A DNA stretch of 29,400 nucleotides from a virus (IMGVR_UViG_3300010359_000011:1-29400), one strand, 5' to 3'. Shown: positions 16,246 through 24,485, counted from the first letter of the stretch. Made by a program: numbers and translations. Notes: generated by a model from the sequence alone, not told the origin.

Positions 16246-16622
16246 TTCAGCTCGCACATCGCCCCCTTCAGCGACTCTTCGCCGACACCCGTCTTACGAG
16301 GCCCATCGAGGCACCTCTGCGAGGTGAAGCCCGACACATCCGGGTTCATAGTCTCCGGAACATACTTCGGCACTTCCTGCGACGGCGCATCATTCACCAG
16401 ATACGAGTGAACATACTCATGACTAACCGCCCTCGTGCTCGAGAGCTTCGGCCGCGAGTCCACACTCTTCTTCCCGCTCCTCGGAGCGGTCTTTGGATTG
16501 AGGCACTCGGGCCGAGTCTCTTCAGGCATCTTCATGGCCCGCGGGAGCCCTCTTCCAGCCCACGCAGGACCATTGCCCTCAGCCCCAACTCCAATTACCA
16601 TATTCAACTTCATCACAAGCAC
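16242..16622 (-). CDS. Hypothetical protein
   Basis: ORF whose stop overlaps the next start (ATGA); start uncertain (near 16613 after GAGGAG, or near 16534). Confidence 0.5.
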   Translation of the reverse strand: MLVMKLNMVIGVGAEGNGPAWAGRGLPRAMKMPEETRPECLNPKTAPRSGKKSVDSRPKLSSTRAVSHEYVHSYLVNDAPSQEVPKYVPETMNPDVSGFTSQRCLDGPRKTGVGEESLKGAMCELK

Positions 16623-16654
16623 TCCTCTAGAGTTGGGGCCTCAGGCTCAGCCGT

Positions 16655-17116
16655 TTAGTGCGGCTCGGGGTGCGGCTGCTCTTCCGGCAGCCCGTTATCC
16701 GGCTTCAAGCTCGGATCAACAATCACATACTTCCATCCGAACTCCGGCACCCAGCAGACCACGAGGAACTTGCCCTCCGGTCCATTGACGGGCGGCCATA
16801 TAGTGCCAGGCTCATAGATCGGATGCGTCGGAGTCCCTGGCTGTCCCTCCTCTTCAGGCGGCAGCGGCTGGATCGGGTGCGCCGGGGTAGCCGGAGGCCA
16901 GATCCCCGGAGGCGACGGCGGCAGCGTATTATCGACCCACGGCGGAGCCACACCGCCCCAGAACCCTGGAGGCTGCGGAGCAATGGGATGCTCCGGACTT
17001 CCGCCCTCCGGAATTCCCCAGCCAGGGTCGACCGGACCCTCGCCGCCCGGAGCAATCGGATGCTCCGGACTGCCACCACCACCAACAATCTTCAGCCATC
17101 CTTTAACAAAAGGCAT
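16655..17116 (-). CDS. Proline-rich protein with HPI repeats
   Basis: GGAGGAGG RBS, MPFVKGW; SPEHPIAP x2, PAHPIQP, PTHPIYEP, GIWPP/TIWPP. Confidence 0.75.
   Translation of the reverse strand: MPFVKGWLKIVGGGGSPEHPIAPGGEGPVDPGWGIPEGGSPEHPIAPQPPGFWGGVAPPWVDNTLPPSPPGIWPPATPAHPIQPLPPEEEGQPGTPTHPIYEPGTIWPPVNGPEGKFLVVCWVPEFGWKYVIVDPSLKPDNGLPEEQPHPEPH
16977..17071. repeat. 23-bp direct repeat encoding SPEHPIAP
   Basis: GGAGCAATGGGATGCTCCGGACT (16977-16999) vs GGAGCAATCGGATGCTCCGGACT (17049-17071), 22/23 identical. Confidence 0.8.
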
Positions 17117-17135
17117 ATCTACCTCCTCCAATGCA

Positions 17136-17159
17136 GGGCCGAGCCCTATTGCTCGGCCC
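17136..17159 (-). promoter_or_regulatory. Intergenic hairpin
   Basis: GGGCCGAGC-CCTATT-GCTCGGCCC just upstream of the Pro-rich gene RBS. Confidence 0.45.
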
Positions 17160-17172
17160 CCACGAGCGCTAA

Positions 17173-17409
17173 TTAGCGCCCATGTCTGCTCTTGGGATGC
17201 ATCCCATGAAGCGGCTCATGCCTTTCATGATGATGCTTCCCATGATGCGGTCCCAGATCATGATACTTGATCGGGTGCTGCGCCTTCAGATCGCGAGCCG
17301 CCTCACTCGGCGACCCGCCATCCAGCTGCCCACCTCCGGCGGGCTTGCTCCTTCTCACACTCGGCTCGTGAGCCGCACCCCTATCAATCTCAGCTTCCTT
17401 GTCGGCCAT
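17173..17409 (-). CDS. Small His-rich protein
   Basis: AAAGGA RBS; C-terminal HPIKYHDLGPHHGKHHHERHEPLHGMHPKSRHGR. Confidence 0.6.
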   Translation of the reverse strand: MADKEAEIDRGAAHEPSVRRSKPAGGGQLDGGSPSEAARDLKAQHPIKYHDLGPHHGKHHHERHEPLHGMHPKSRHGR

Positions 17410-17410
17410 G

Positions 17411-17557
17411 TCACTTTCCTTTCACTATCTTGCCCGGAGGAAACCGCTCCGAGCCCCTGTCTTCCTTCTTCACCGTCTTCACCTCTCCCCTCTGAGAGGG
17501 AAACGGCTTAGACTTCTCGGGCTTCTTCTCGAAGCCAGGCAACTTACCTCTTGCCAT
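17411..17557 (-). CDS. 48-aa Lys-rich peptide (not in ORF track)
   Basis: GAGG RBS; MARGKLPGFEKKPEKSKPFPSQRGEVKTVKKEDRGSERFPPGKIVKGK; fills the gap between neighbours almost exactly. Confidence 0.55.
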   Translation of the reverse strand: MARGKLPGFEKKPEKSKPFPSQRGEVKTVKKEDRGSERFPPGKIVKGK

Positions 17558-17561
17558 CGCG

Positions 17562-17780
17562 TCACCTCATTCCGAGCGAGGGCACCGGGGCCGCTCCCGA
17601 CAGCACACTCAACACATAGATCAGGATCAGTATCCCGAACACAAGCCACACTGCCTGCTCAATCCGCGGATCGAACGCAGGCCAATACAGCTTGACGGCC
17701 TTCAAAGCCAGATAAATCACACCTCCCAGAATGATGACCCCGATCGCCAGCCACAGTATCGCAATCGCCAGATGGATCAT
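17562..17780 (-). CDS. Small two-TM membrane protein
   Basis: ATG 17780 (ATGA overlap); two long hydrophobic helices. Confidence 0.7.
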   Translation of the reverse strand: MIHLAIAILWLAIGVIILGGVIYLALKAVKLYWPAFDPRIEQAVWLVFGILILIYVLSVLSGAAPVPSLGMR

Positions 17781-17968
17781 CTCTCTACCACCCTGCACAT
17801 CTCGATGACAACCTCAGTCATACACTCAAGCTTTCGCCTCAGATCCGTCCTCTCGCCCCTCAGCCTCTCAAGCTCCAGCCTCAACACCTCTACCTCATCC
17901 CTCAGCTGCTCTATCCGCAGCTTCTCCAGCCTATCATCCTTCGATTTGGGCCATGCGTGCTCATTCAC
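17777..17968 (-). CDS. Small coiled-coil protein
   Basis: Heptad Leu pattern LEKLRIEQLRDEVEVLRLELERL; overlapping start/stop on both sides. Confidence 0.6.
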   Translation of the reverse strand: MNEHAWPKSKDDRLEKLRIEQLRDEVEVLRLELERLRGERTDLRRKLECMTEVVIEMCRVVER

Positions 17969-18477
17969 AAGCCATCAGCCCTCAGCATTGGAACACCTCC
18001 CACATGATGCCACACCGGCGCCCCAGTAATCCAATTATCATTCTCCCTCACAGCCCTAAGCGCTTCCTGCAGAGTAGACTTAATGGGCCTATCCAAGCCC
18101 CTCGCCAAATTCCTGCAGACCACAACCGGCAGCAGTCTCTTCCAGGGCACGCCCAGCGCCTTGCTCAGCACCGGACAATACAGTCCAAACAGCTGATCCT
18201 CAGCCTCCTCGCACCAGCTCAGCTTCACCTCCAGAATAATTACCCACTCCTTCGCCCCCGCCCAGAAGTCCGTCTGACAGAACCCCTTCCCCTCCCGATC
18301 CTCAAACTCCCACCAGGCGCCGCGCTCAAAGCGCGTCGCAAGACCTTTCTCTAGATCCTTTTCATACAGGAGTCCCTGGGCCCTCGCACCCGTCGGCCTC
18401 CTATTCTCCGGAATGCAGCCCGGCCTCGCAGCCAGCTGCTTGGCCCATTTGATCCCATTAATCCTCCTGGCTGACAT
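17965..18477 (-). CDS. PD-(D/E)XK-like nuclease
   Basis: GLLYE...CQTDF...IILEVKL...QLFGLY matches the E...D...ExK...QxxxY layout. Confidence 0.6.
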   Translation of the reverse strand: MSARRINGIKWAKQLAARPGCIPENRRPTGARAQGLLYEKDLEKGLATRFERGAWWEFEDREGKGFCQTDFWAGAKEWVIILEVKLSWCEEAEDQLFGLYCPVLSKALGVPWKRLLPVVVCRNLARGLDRPIKSTLQEALRAVRENDNWITGAPVWHHVGGVPMLRADGL

Positions 18478-18709
18478 CCTTGGCCGCCCCCCTCTTCACC
18501 AGCACGCCAGCCCCATACAGTCCAATCGCCATCCCTCCAATCTCAAGCGCCGTCCTAAATATATGCTCCGGGGCGCACAGCGCCGTCTGCTCCGCGCCAC
18601 TATGCGCCAGCGAAAAGCATTGACTAACGGCATAGAAGTCCATGAGCGCAAAAATAGTCAATATGAGCAGCGCCCCCATCAGCCCAATCACTGGGAGCCA
18701 GAGTATCAT
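18458..18709 (-). CDS. Small membrane protein downstream of endolysin
   Basis: Two hydrophobic segments with a two-Cys loop; ATGA overlap with endolysin stop. Confidence 0.55.
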   Translation of the reverse strand: MILWLPVIGLMGALLILTIFALMDFYAVSQCFSLAHSGAEQTALCAPEHIFRTALEIGGMAIGLYGAGVLVKRGAAKDVSQED

Positions 18710-19440
18710 ATCTCCATCCCATTCACTACGAGCCTAATCGGCGCATCAGCCTCCACAGTAATATCTACGGTGGTCACCTTGGGATCAGGCATCTGCGGCC
18801 CATCACTCACGTCGGGCACCTCTTCCGGCACCGGCTTGAGCGCCTCCTTAAACTTCCAGTAATAATCGGCGATGGTCTGGGCCTTATCCGTCCCATTCAC
18901 CACCCTCCGCGCATTAACCGGGTCTTCCTTAGAGGACGTCAGATAATCACTCAGCTTCTTCCCCGTAAACCATCCGTCTCCCATCCCATCGAACATCACC
19001 ACCACAGAGATCTCATCGTCGAGCGCCCGCTCCGGCTGCTTGTGCAGATCTGCCTCCAGCCCGTACGGTACAATCTTCTGCGTAGCCTTCTTATAATTAT
19101 CCTCCCAGGTCAGCTGCACATGCCCCCTCCCATAGTACACCTTATTGTACGGCCCCGTCGGCTTCCCATACGCATAGCCCGCCCCCTTCCCATACTCCTC
19201 AATCGGCCGCATGGTCTGCGCAGTCTCGTGGAAAGTGGTCGCCAGCACGTACGCCAGATGCTCCGTCAGCTTAAACGGGAAATACTTCTCCCAGCTCTCC
19301 AGAATATAATTCATCCCATCGACCTGACTCTGCGTCAGCTTCCCTCTAAACAGACTTGCCCGCACACAGTCAAAGAAATACTCCCTCTCATAGACGGTCC
19401 CGCCCTTCACTTCTGCAGTCTTACTTCGGTGGGTCGTCAT
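18706..19440 (-). CDS. Endolysin, glycoside hydrolase family 19
   Basis: LAYVLATTFHET...PIEE...YYGRGHVQLTWEDNY...ARRVVNGTD; start uncertain. Confidence 0.9.
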   Translation of the reverse strand: MTTHRSKTAEVKGGTVYEREYFFDCVRASLFRGKLTQSQVDGMNYILESWEKYFPFKLTEHLAYVLATTFHETAQTMRPIEEYGKGAGYAYGKPTGPYNKVYYGRGHVQLTWEDNYKKATQKIVPYGLEADLHKQPERALDDEISVVVMFDGMGDGWFTGKKLSDYLTSSKEDPVNARRVVNGTDKAQTIADYYWKFKEALKPVPEEVPDVSDGPQMPDPKVTTVDITVEADAPIRLVVNGMEI

Positions 19441-19753
19441 CGTTCTTGTCTCTGGCAGTCGGCCCAAAGAAATAAGTTACAATAATAGTAAACGCACTTA
19501 TTAAAGCCCCCAACAGCTGTCCGATCTGTTCGCTCTGCGGAATCTGCGCTACCGCCCCATAGGCCGTCACTCCCAGAAACGCGAACACTACCACTATCCC
19601 AATCACGAACCGCGGAGTCAGAAACTGAGTACTCGCCCCGCCCCACCTCCGCAGCACCGTCAGCACTGTCAGCAGCACGACCGCCACGATCAGTGCAGTG
19701 ACTACTCCGGTCATTGCCGGGTACGGCAGAGTCGGCACACGGTCGCTCATCAC
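19421..19753 (-). CDS. Putative holin (3 TM)
   Basis: Three hydrophobic helices, IVTYFFG ending, charged tail; directly upstream of endolysin. Confidence 0.65.
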   Translation of the reverse strand: MMSDRVPTLPYPAMTGVVTALIVAVVLLTVLTVLRRWGGASTQFLTPRFVIGIVVVFAFLGVTAYGAVAQIPQSEQIGQLLGALISAFTIIVTYFFGPTARDKNDDDPPK

Positions 19754-19759
19754 TCCACA

Positions 19760-21985
19760 TCATGACCCCGCTGGGAACACATACAGGTCCGACGTCGCCG
19801 TCACATAATCAAACGGCACCTCCATAGAGCACCAGCTATTCCCCTGATCAGTACTCACTTCCATCCAGGTCGTCGGACTTCCTGACGTAGAACTCGGCCC
19901 ATGCCTCCCCAACAGCACCGCAAAACACTCCCCATCCGGCGAAACTGCACATCCGATCGCGGGGCTCCCCTGTGCCGGAGTACTCGCCACATTCACCCAA
20001 GTACTTCCCCCATTCAACGAGGCCCATACCCCATACGCGGGGCTTCCTCCAGTCGGGCTCACCAGCAGCAGCACATTCCCATTCGGGCTCATCCCCAGCC
20101 AAATGCTTTGCGTCCCAGCCCCATTGGAGATCCCCAGCACACTTGGATTAGCCACATTACTCCAACTCGTGCCCCCATTCGCAGTGGCCCAGACGCTCGG
20201 ACTCACAGACGTACTTCCATCCGAGTTATACATCTGCCCCGCAAAGACAATCTTATTTCCCGTAGTATCACACTTGATGTGCCCCACACACTGCACAATA
20301 TGCTGGCCCGTCGGCGTCCACAGCACCTGCGGCAGATCCGCCGTCGCCAGACTCGTCCACGTCAATCCATGATCCGTACTCTTATAGACGAATGTCCCAC
20401 TCACCAGATACATGCTTGCGCCGCCCGCAGACTGCGCAAATATAGTGCTCCCCGTATTCCCGCCCGAGAAAAACTGATCCGCATAGAACAGCCCATTCGT
20501 CTGCGGCGGCGTCCTCGCCGAGTCCGTCCCTCCCATCGTCCAGCTAGCACCCCCATCAGTACTCACCCCCGTATTATAGTGCAAATTCACACTTCCGAAC
20601 CCATGCTCATTCAACCCTGCCGCAACCTCATCACTCCCAGCCAGCGCCCCCGTATAACTCTGCCACGGACAGGTCCCCACCGGATGCGCCGAAATCGGAG
20701 TATTATTCCACCACTGGACCACCGCTGCAGTCGGAAACGCAGCAATGGTCGTCTTACAAACGCCCGAGCTATTCCACACCGTAGTCCCGCACCCACTGGT
20801 CGCAACGAGCGCGAATCCAGGATAGCTCGGATTAACGAACGTATCCAGCAGCAGATACTCATTATATACACCATCATTCACAGCCACATAGCTCGAGCCC
20901 CACGCATCCCCACTCAGCGAGTCCGTCCGCGCCGTCTTCGTCCACGTCCTCCCACTATCATTACTGACCACAAAGTTCGCGGGCACCGTATTCCCGCTCG
21001 GCAAACCACCCCTACTCCATACGACCACCTGATAATTCGCGCAGCCCTTCGTAGCACACGGGCACACACCCGGATCTTGCATAGTGAGTGGCGGCAACGT
21101 CTCGCCCGAAGACTGCCCCAAATTAACACTAAAGCTCGCACTATACCCCGGATACGGCACCCCACCAAGCCCATAGTTCGTAATCAGATCATTCGCACTG
21201 GTTCGCGCCGTCAAGAAAATCGGAGCCGGAGTGCCCATCGGCAGTTCCCCATTAGCTCCCAAATATACCGGCGTCAAATCCGCATTAATAAACTTCCTCC
21301 TGTTCGCGACCACGCTCAAATCCAGCCAATCCGTCATACTCCCGAACCACCAGAAGTCTGCAGCAGCTGGATACAGCCCGCCCAACGCGCCCACATACAC
21401 TCCAGTCAAATTCCCCGAGCCATTCGTCGTCTGCTGAGCCATGTCCTCCAGCGCAAGCCAGCTCGGGCTATTATTCGCCCCCATCGGAGTATCATTCACA
21501 TATACCTGTACGACCTGCGTCAAACAATTCACACTCACAAGTACATGCCACTGCTCAAATGGACTAAGTGGATAGATCCCATCAAAGTTCACATGTCCAA
21601 AGTTCGCATTATTCCTATAGACCAGCACCTCCACATACGAGTTGGTAAGGCTCCCCACCACTCTGACTCCGAACACATTAATCGGAGTAAATTCCCAGTC
21701 ACTCCCGCCCGAATGTGTGAACGGCAAACAGGCCCATCCACTAAACGCACAGTAAGGAAATGCACTGGGCGGCGTAAACCTACAGTTCGCATTAATTATG
21801 CCATTAATCACCCCATTAAACTGCACGAAATTAACTAAATTCTGTGTCGGACTACAGGCGGGAGGCGCTGGCGGCGCTAGCACCACACTCCCGCACAGCT
21901 GCCTTGGAGCAGCACGGGCAAGCCGTGCTGCTCCAAGAGATGCAGCTCCTGCTAGGAGATCGCGTCTATTTGGCCGGAGCAGCAA
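19760..21985 (-). CDS. Tat-signal protein with LamG-like domain and BNR/Asp-box repeats
   Basis: NRRDLLAGAASLGAARLARA twin-Arg signal; QWHVLVSV...QVYVND; Asp-boxes SNDSGRTW, STDGGASW, STDHGLTW, TANGGTSW, SLNGGSTW, STDQGNSW. Confidence 0.75.
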   Translation of the reverse strand: MLLRPNRRDLLAGAASLGAARLARAAPRQLCGSVVLAPPAPPACSPTQNLVNFVQFNGVINGIINANCRFTPPSAFPYCAFSGWACLPFTHSGGSDWEFTPINVFGVRVVGSLTNSYVEVLVYRNNANFGHVNFDGIYPLSPFEQWHVLVSVNCLTQVVQVYVNDTPMGANNSPSWLALEDMAQQTTNGSGNLTGVYVGALGGLYPAAADFWWFGSMTDWLDLSVVANRRKFINADLTPVYLGANGELPMGTPAPIFLTARTSANDLITNYGLGGVPYPGYSASFSVNLGQSSGETLPPLTMQDPGVCPCATKGCANYQVVVWSRGGLPSGNTVPANFVVSNDSGRTWTKTARTDSLSGDAWGSSYVAVNDGVYNEYLLLDTFVNPSYPGFALVATSGCGTTVWNSSGVCKTTIAAFPTAAVVQWWNNTPISAHPVGTCPWQSYTGALAGSDEVAAGLNEHGFGSVNLHYNTGVSTDGGASWTMGGTDSARTPPQTNGLFYADQFFSGGNTGSTIFAQSAGGASMYLVSGTFVYKSTDHGLTWTSLATADLPQVLWTPTGQHIVQCVGHIKCDTTGNKIVFAGQMYNSDGSTSVSPSVWATANGGTSWSNVANPSVLGISNGAGTQSIWLGMSPNGNVLLLVSPTGGSPAYGVWASLNGGSTWVNVASTPAQGSPAIGCAVSPDGECFAVLLGRHGPSSTSGSPTTWMEVSTDQGNSWCSMEVPFDYVTATSDLYVFPAGS

Positions 21986-22190
21986 GTCCCTGCACCCTCT
22001 TCGCCTCGTCGGCCTTCATCCGATCCAGCTCCCTCTGCAGCTTAATAATAGTCATATACGCCTGCGCCACCTTGTCCAGCGCCTCCTCCCTTTGCTGCCG
22101 CAACGCAGTCACCAGGTCCTCTTGGGAGCGGGCTGGAAGCCCGCTCCCAAGAGCGAGCAGAACAGCAAGCACTATTGGAGTGCGGTTCAA
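21966..22190 (-). CDS. Small secreted coiled-coil protein
   Basis: MNRTPIVLAVLLALGSGLPARS|Q signal followed by one amphipathic helix. Confidence 0.65.
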   Translation of the reverse strand: MNRTPIVLAVLLALGSGLPARSQEDLVTALRQQREEALDKVAQAYMTIIKLQRELDRMKADEAKRVQGLAAPAK

Positions 22191-22906
22191 TAGAGCGCCA
22201 TCCTACCCTTCGCCCTCGCCCCGAGTCCGGCCAAGAGCGCAAACCCCAATCCAGTCATCACCCACGTCCCCGGCTCAGGCACTGCCAGCGTGACCTCGGC
22301 CTGCCCCCTATTCACCAGACTCTCGCCCGCACTCAAGGTCGCCGTCGCTTGCTCCGTCATGGAGAATGGGCTCGTCAGCGTCAAGTCCACGCCCCCGTCA
22401 TGCGAGAAGCTGTCCGCGATCGCCTTGGCAGTCTCTGCGAACGTGTCGATTGTCGTCCCAGGCACATTGAACGCCGTATTCGCACCCTGCGCATCGGCCG
22501 CATCGACCGCCCAGTTCATCAGGATGGTCGACCCACCAGGCCCCTGCCACACGCCGCTTCCCGCCGTATTCACTCGCCGCGCTACAGGCAGAAAGTCAGT
22601 ATCGCTGACCGCGACCACCAGCGTAATAGGACTCCCGTTCGTATTAGTGATCGACAGGCTCCCGGTATTCAGCGTGTTGAAGCCGGGCGCCTTCGTAGAC
22701 GCCTGCAAACTCCCGTTCACCTCGATCCCGTCAATCACCGTGTCATTCACCTGCAGAATGCCCACGGCCGGATTAGTATCACAGCTCGTATTATCCGCGC
22801 AGAAGAAACTATCTGGCCCGATCTGGGCGGCCAGTTGGAGCACAGCCCTAGCGGGCTGTGCTCCAAAGGCCACAATCAGGGCCGCACCAAGCAGAAGTCT
22901 ATTCAT
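22187..22906 (-). CDS. PEP-CTERM sorting-domain protein
   Basis: AGGAGG RBS; signal MNRLLLGAALIVAFGAQPARA|; Ser/Thr/Asn-rich body; C-terminal VPEPGTWVMTGLGFALLAGLGARAKGR (PEP + TM + basic). Confidence 0.9.
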   Translation of the reverse strand: MNRLLLGAALIVAFGAQPARAVLQLAAQIGPDSFFCADNTSCDTNPAVGILQVNDTVIDGIEVNGSLQASTKAPGFNTLNTGSLSITNTNGSPITLVVAVSDTDFLPVARRVNTAGSGVWQGPGGSTILMNWAVDAADAQGANTAFNVPGTTIDTFAETAKAIADSFSHDGGVDLTLTSPFSMTEQATATLSAGESLVNRGQAEVTLAVPEPGTWVMTGLGFALLAGLGARAKGRMALY

Positions 22907-22930
22907 TTCATCCTCCTTCTCACCGCAAGC

Positions 22931-23830
22931 TCAGTTCCAGTATGGAATGTAGGCCGGTATGCCATTAATCGAAACAATAAAGCAGCCTGTATTCGCAAAG
23001 TACGGATAGCCTCCACAGAAGCTCGGCCCAGACGTCGAGTTCCCATACCCAATAGATCCAGAAGGCCCATTGGGCGTCGGCTGCGTCAGTATGAGCGAGC
23101 CCATCGTGGCCGCCGTAGCCCCCGTAAAAGTCACTGCCCCATTCAGCGTCGGATTATTGAGAGTCGGATTATTAAGCGTGGCCCCATTCTCCGCAACCAG
23201 CGGCCCGCTTCCATCCAGCGGCTGCGCCAACGCCGCGGCGACCCCCGCTCCCAGGCCCGAAATCGTCCCCACACTCGCGGCCGGGGGCGGCCCCCAGGTC
23301 GGAGGCCCGCTCGCATTCCCATACAGCACCTGACTACTATTCCCAAGTGCCAGGCCGCCCAAAATCCCATTATTATTGTACTGAAGCGCCCCTGGCGCGC
23401 CTCCCGGCGTCGAGCCCCCGCCCGTACAATTATATCCACCAGTCAGCTGATCCCAGATCTGGTTCCCCGCCACATCGGTCACGACCTGCCTATAGATCCC
23501 GACGCCCCAGATCAGCGCTTCGCCAGACGCATTCAGCGTAATCACTGCCGGATTAACAATAGTCTGATAAGGGTCCTGCCAGGTGTCCTTGGGTGTCGTG
23601 GTCCCTGGCTGGAAGAACGCCACGCTCCCGCCAGCGAGCGGCTTCCCATTCATATCTAAGAACTGCGTGAAGCCATTCGGCAGAATGACTGCGGTCGGCA
23701 CGGGCGTCTGAGAGTAAGCGGGGGCCGAAGCCCCCGCTAGGAAGATCGCTACCACAGCAGCAAGGGGGTACAGGCCGCTATGCCACAACCTCCCCGGGCG
23801 CAGAACGGATTGCGCCACTCTACCTATCAT
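22931..23830 (-). CDS. Tailspike-anchor (head-binding-like) domain protein with signal peptide
   Basis: GGAG RBS, ATG 23830; LAAVVAIFLAGASAPAYS|Q; then QFLDMNGKPLAGGSVAFFQPGTTTPKDTWQD...LNASGEALIWGVGIYRQVVTDVAGNQIWD; TLNNPTLNNPTLNG repeats. Confidence 0.75.
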   Translation of the reverse strand: MIGRVAQSVLRPGRLWHSGLYPLAAVVAIFLAGASAPAYSQTPVPTAVILPNGFTQFLDMNGKPLAGGSVAFFQPGTTTPKDTWQDPYQTIVNPAVITLNASGEALIWGVGIYRQVVTDVAGNQIWDQLTGGYNCTGGGSTPGGAPGALQYNNNGILGGLALGNSSQVLYGNASGPPTWGPPPAASVGTISGLGAGVAAALAQPLDGSGPLVAENGATLNNPTLNNPTLNGAVTFTGATAATMGSLILTQPTPNGPSGSIGYGNSTSGPSFCGGYPYFANTGCFIVSINGIPAYIPYWN

Positions 23831-24377
23831 CACCATTCTCCAGCTTGGGAGGCGCGGGCGTATGCTCAATGACCGTCCCATGCACATCCGTAGTCACGAA
23901 CTGGATGGTGACAGGGGCCGGACTCATATCTCGTACTGGATACTTGGAGGCGGCCTCAATCTGGTGCGGCCGATTCGTATTAGAGTCCACGACCTCCATC
24001 AGCTCCCGATTGCTGAAGCTCTCGGGCTGGTGCGTGAGCCGATCGGTCAGCTCATCCACAGCCAGCTCCCCGAGGCGGGCCTGCTTCGCCCGCACCTCCA
24101 GTAGCTCAAGCTCATGATTATTCAAATAGTAGGAGACTAATTCGCGGAAGGCCGGATTGTGGTTCTTCATCTGGCCGACATACGCGGGCGAGTATCCAGC
24201 GATCGCCGCGACCTTCGTATTGTCCAGGCCCGCCGCGACTAGCTGCGCCAGCTTATGATGCTGCACCTTGATTTCGGCCAGACTCGCACTGGACTCGCGG
24301 CCCGTGCGGGGGAGTTGGGGCCGCCCGAACGCGGGCAGCGCATCAAGCATATCTTCTGGAATTTGGTCGTCCGTCAT
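23820..24377 (-). CDS. Putative terminase small subunit / HTH protein
   Basis: First gene of the operon; HTH-like HHKLAQLVAAGLDNTKVAAIAGYSPAYV, helical middle, C-terminal strand VTIQFV. Confidence 0.55.
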   Translation of the reverse strand: MTDDQIPEDMLDALPAFGRPQLPRTGRESSASLAEIKVQHHKLAQLVAAGLDNTKVAAIAGYSPAYVGQMKNHNPAFRELVSYYLNNHELELLEVRAKQARLGELAVDELTDRLTHQPESFSNRELMEVVDSNTNRPHQIEAASKYPVRDMSPAPVTIQFVTTDVHGTVIEHTPAPPKLENGDDR

Positions 24378-24410
24378 ATGCAGCTCGAGACGGAGTGCGC
24401 GCTAACGGGA

Positions 24411-24439
24411 ATTATGGCCCCTTTGTTCCAGTCTGTCAA
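24411..24439 (-). promoter_or_regulatory. Sigma70-type promoter for the structural operon
   Basis: Minus strand TTGACA-17 bp-CATAAT, about 33 nt upstream of ATG 24377. Confidence 0.8.
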
Positions 24440-24485
24440 GTGGTCGGCGCGTGGTTGGGCGATAGGGTGGGCCGAGTCGCTGACG

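Noticed and set aside
16977-17071. Palindromic 23-bp repeats as a mini CRISPR array
   Set aside because: Only two copies, in frame within a coding peptide repeat; no cas genes.
18706-19440. True chitinase
   Set aside because: GH19 beside a holin is a recognised endolysin type.
270-24100. Many long plus-strand ORFs (e.g. 19901-21838, 14974-16410, 3735-5099, 22175-23659)
   Set aside because: Antisense shadows of real minus-strand genes; Arg/Pro/His-rich from high GC and skew; no motifs.
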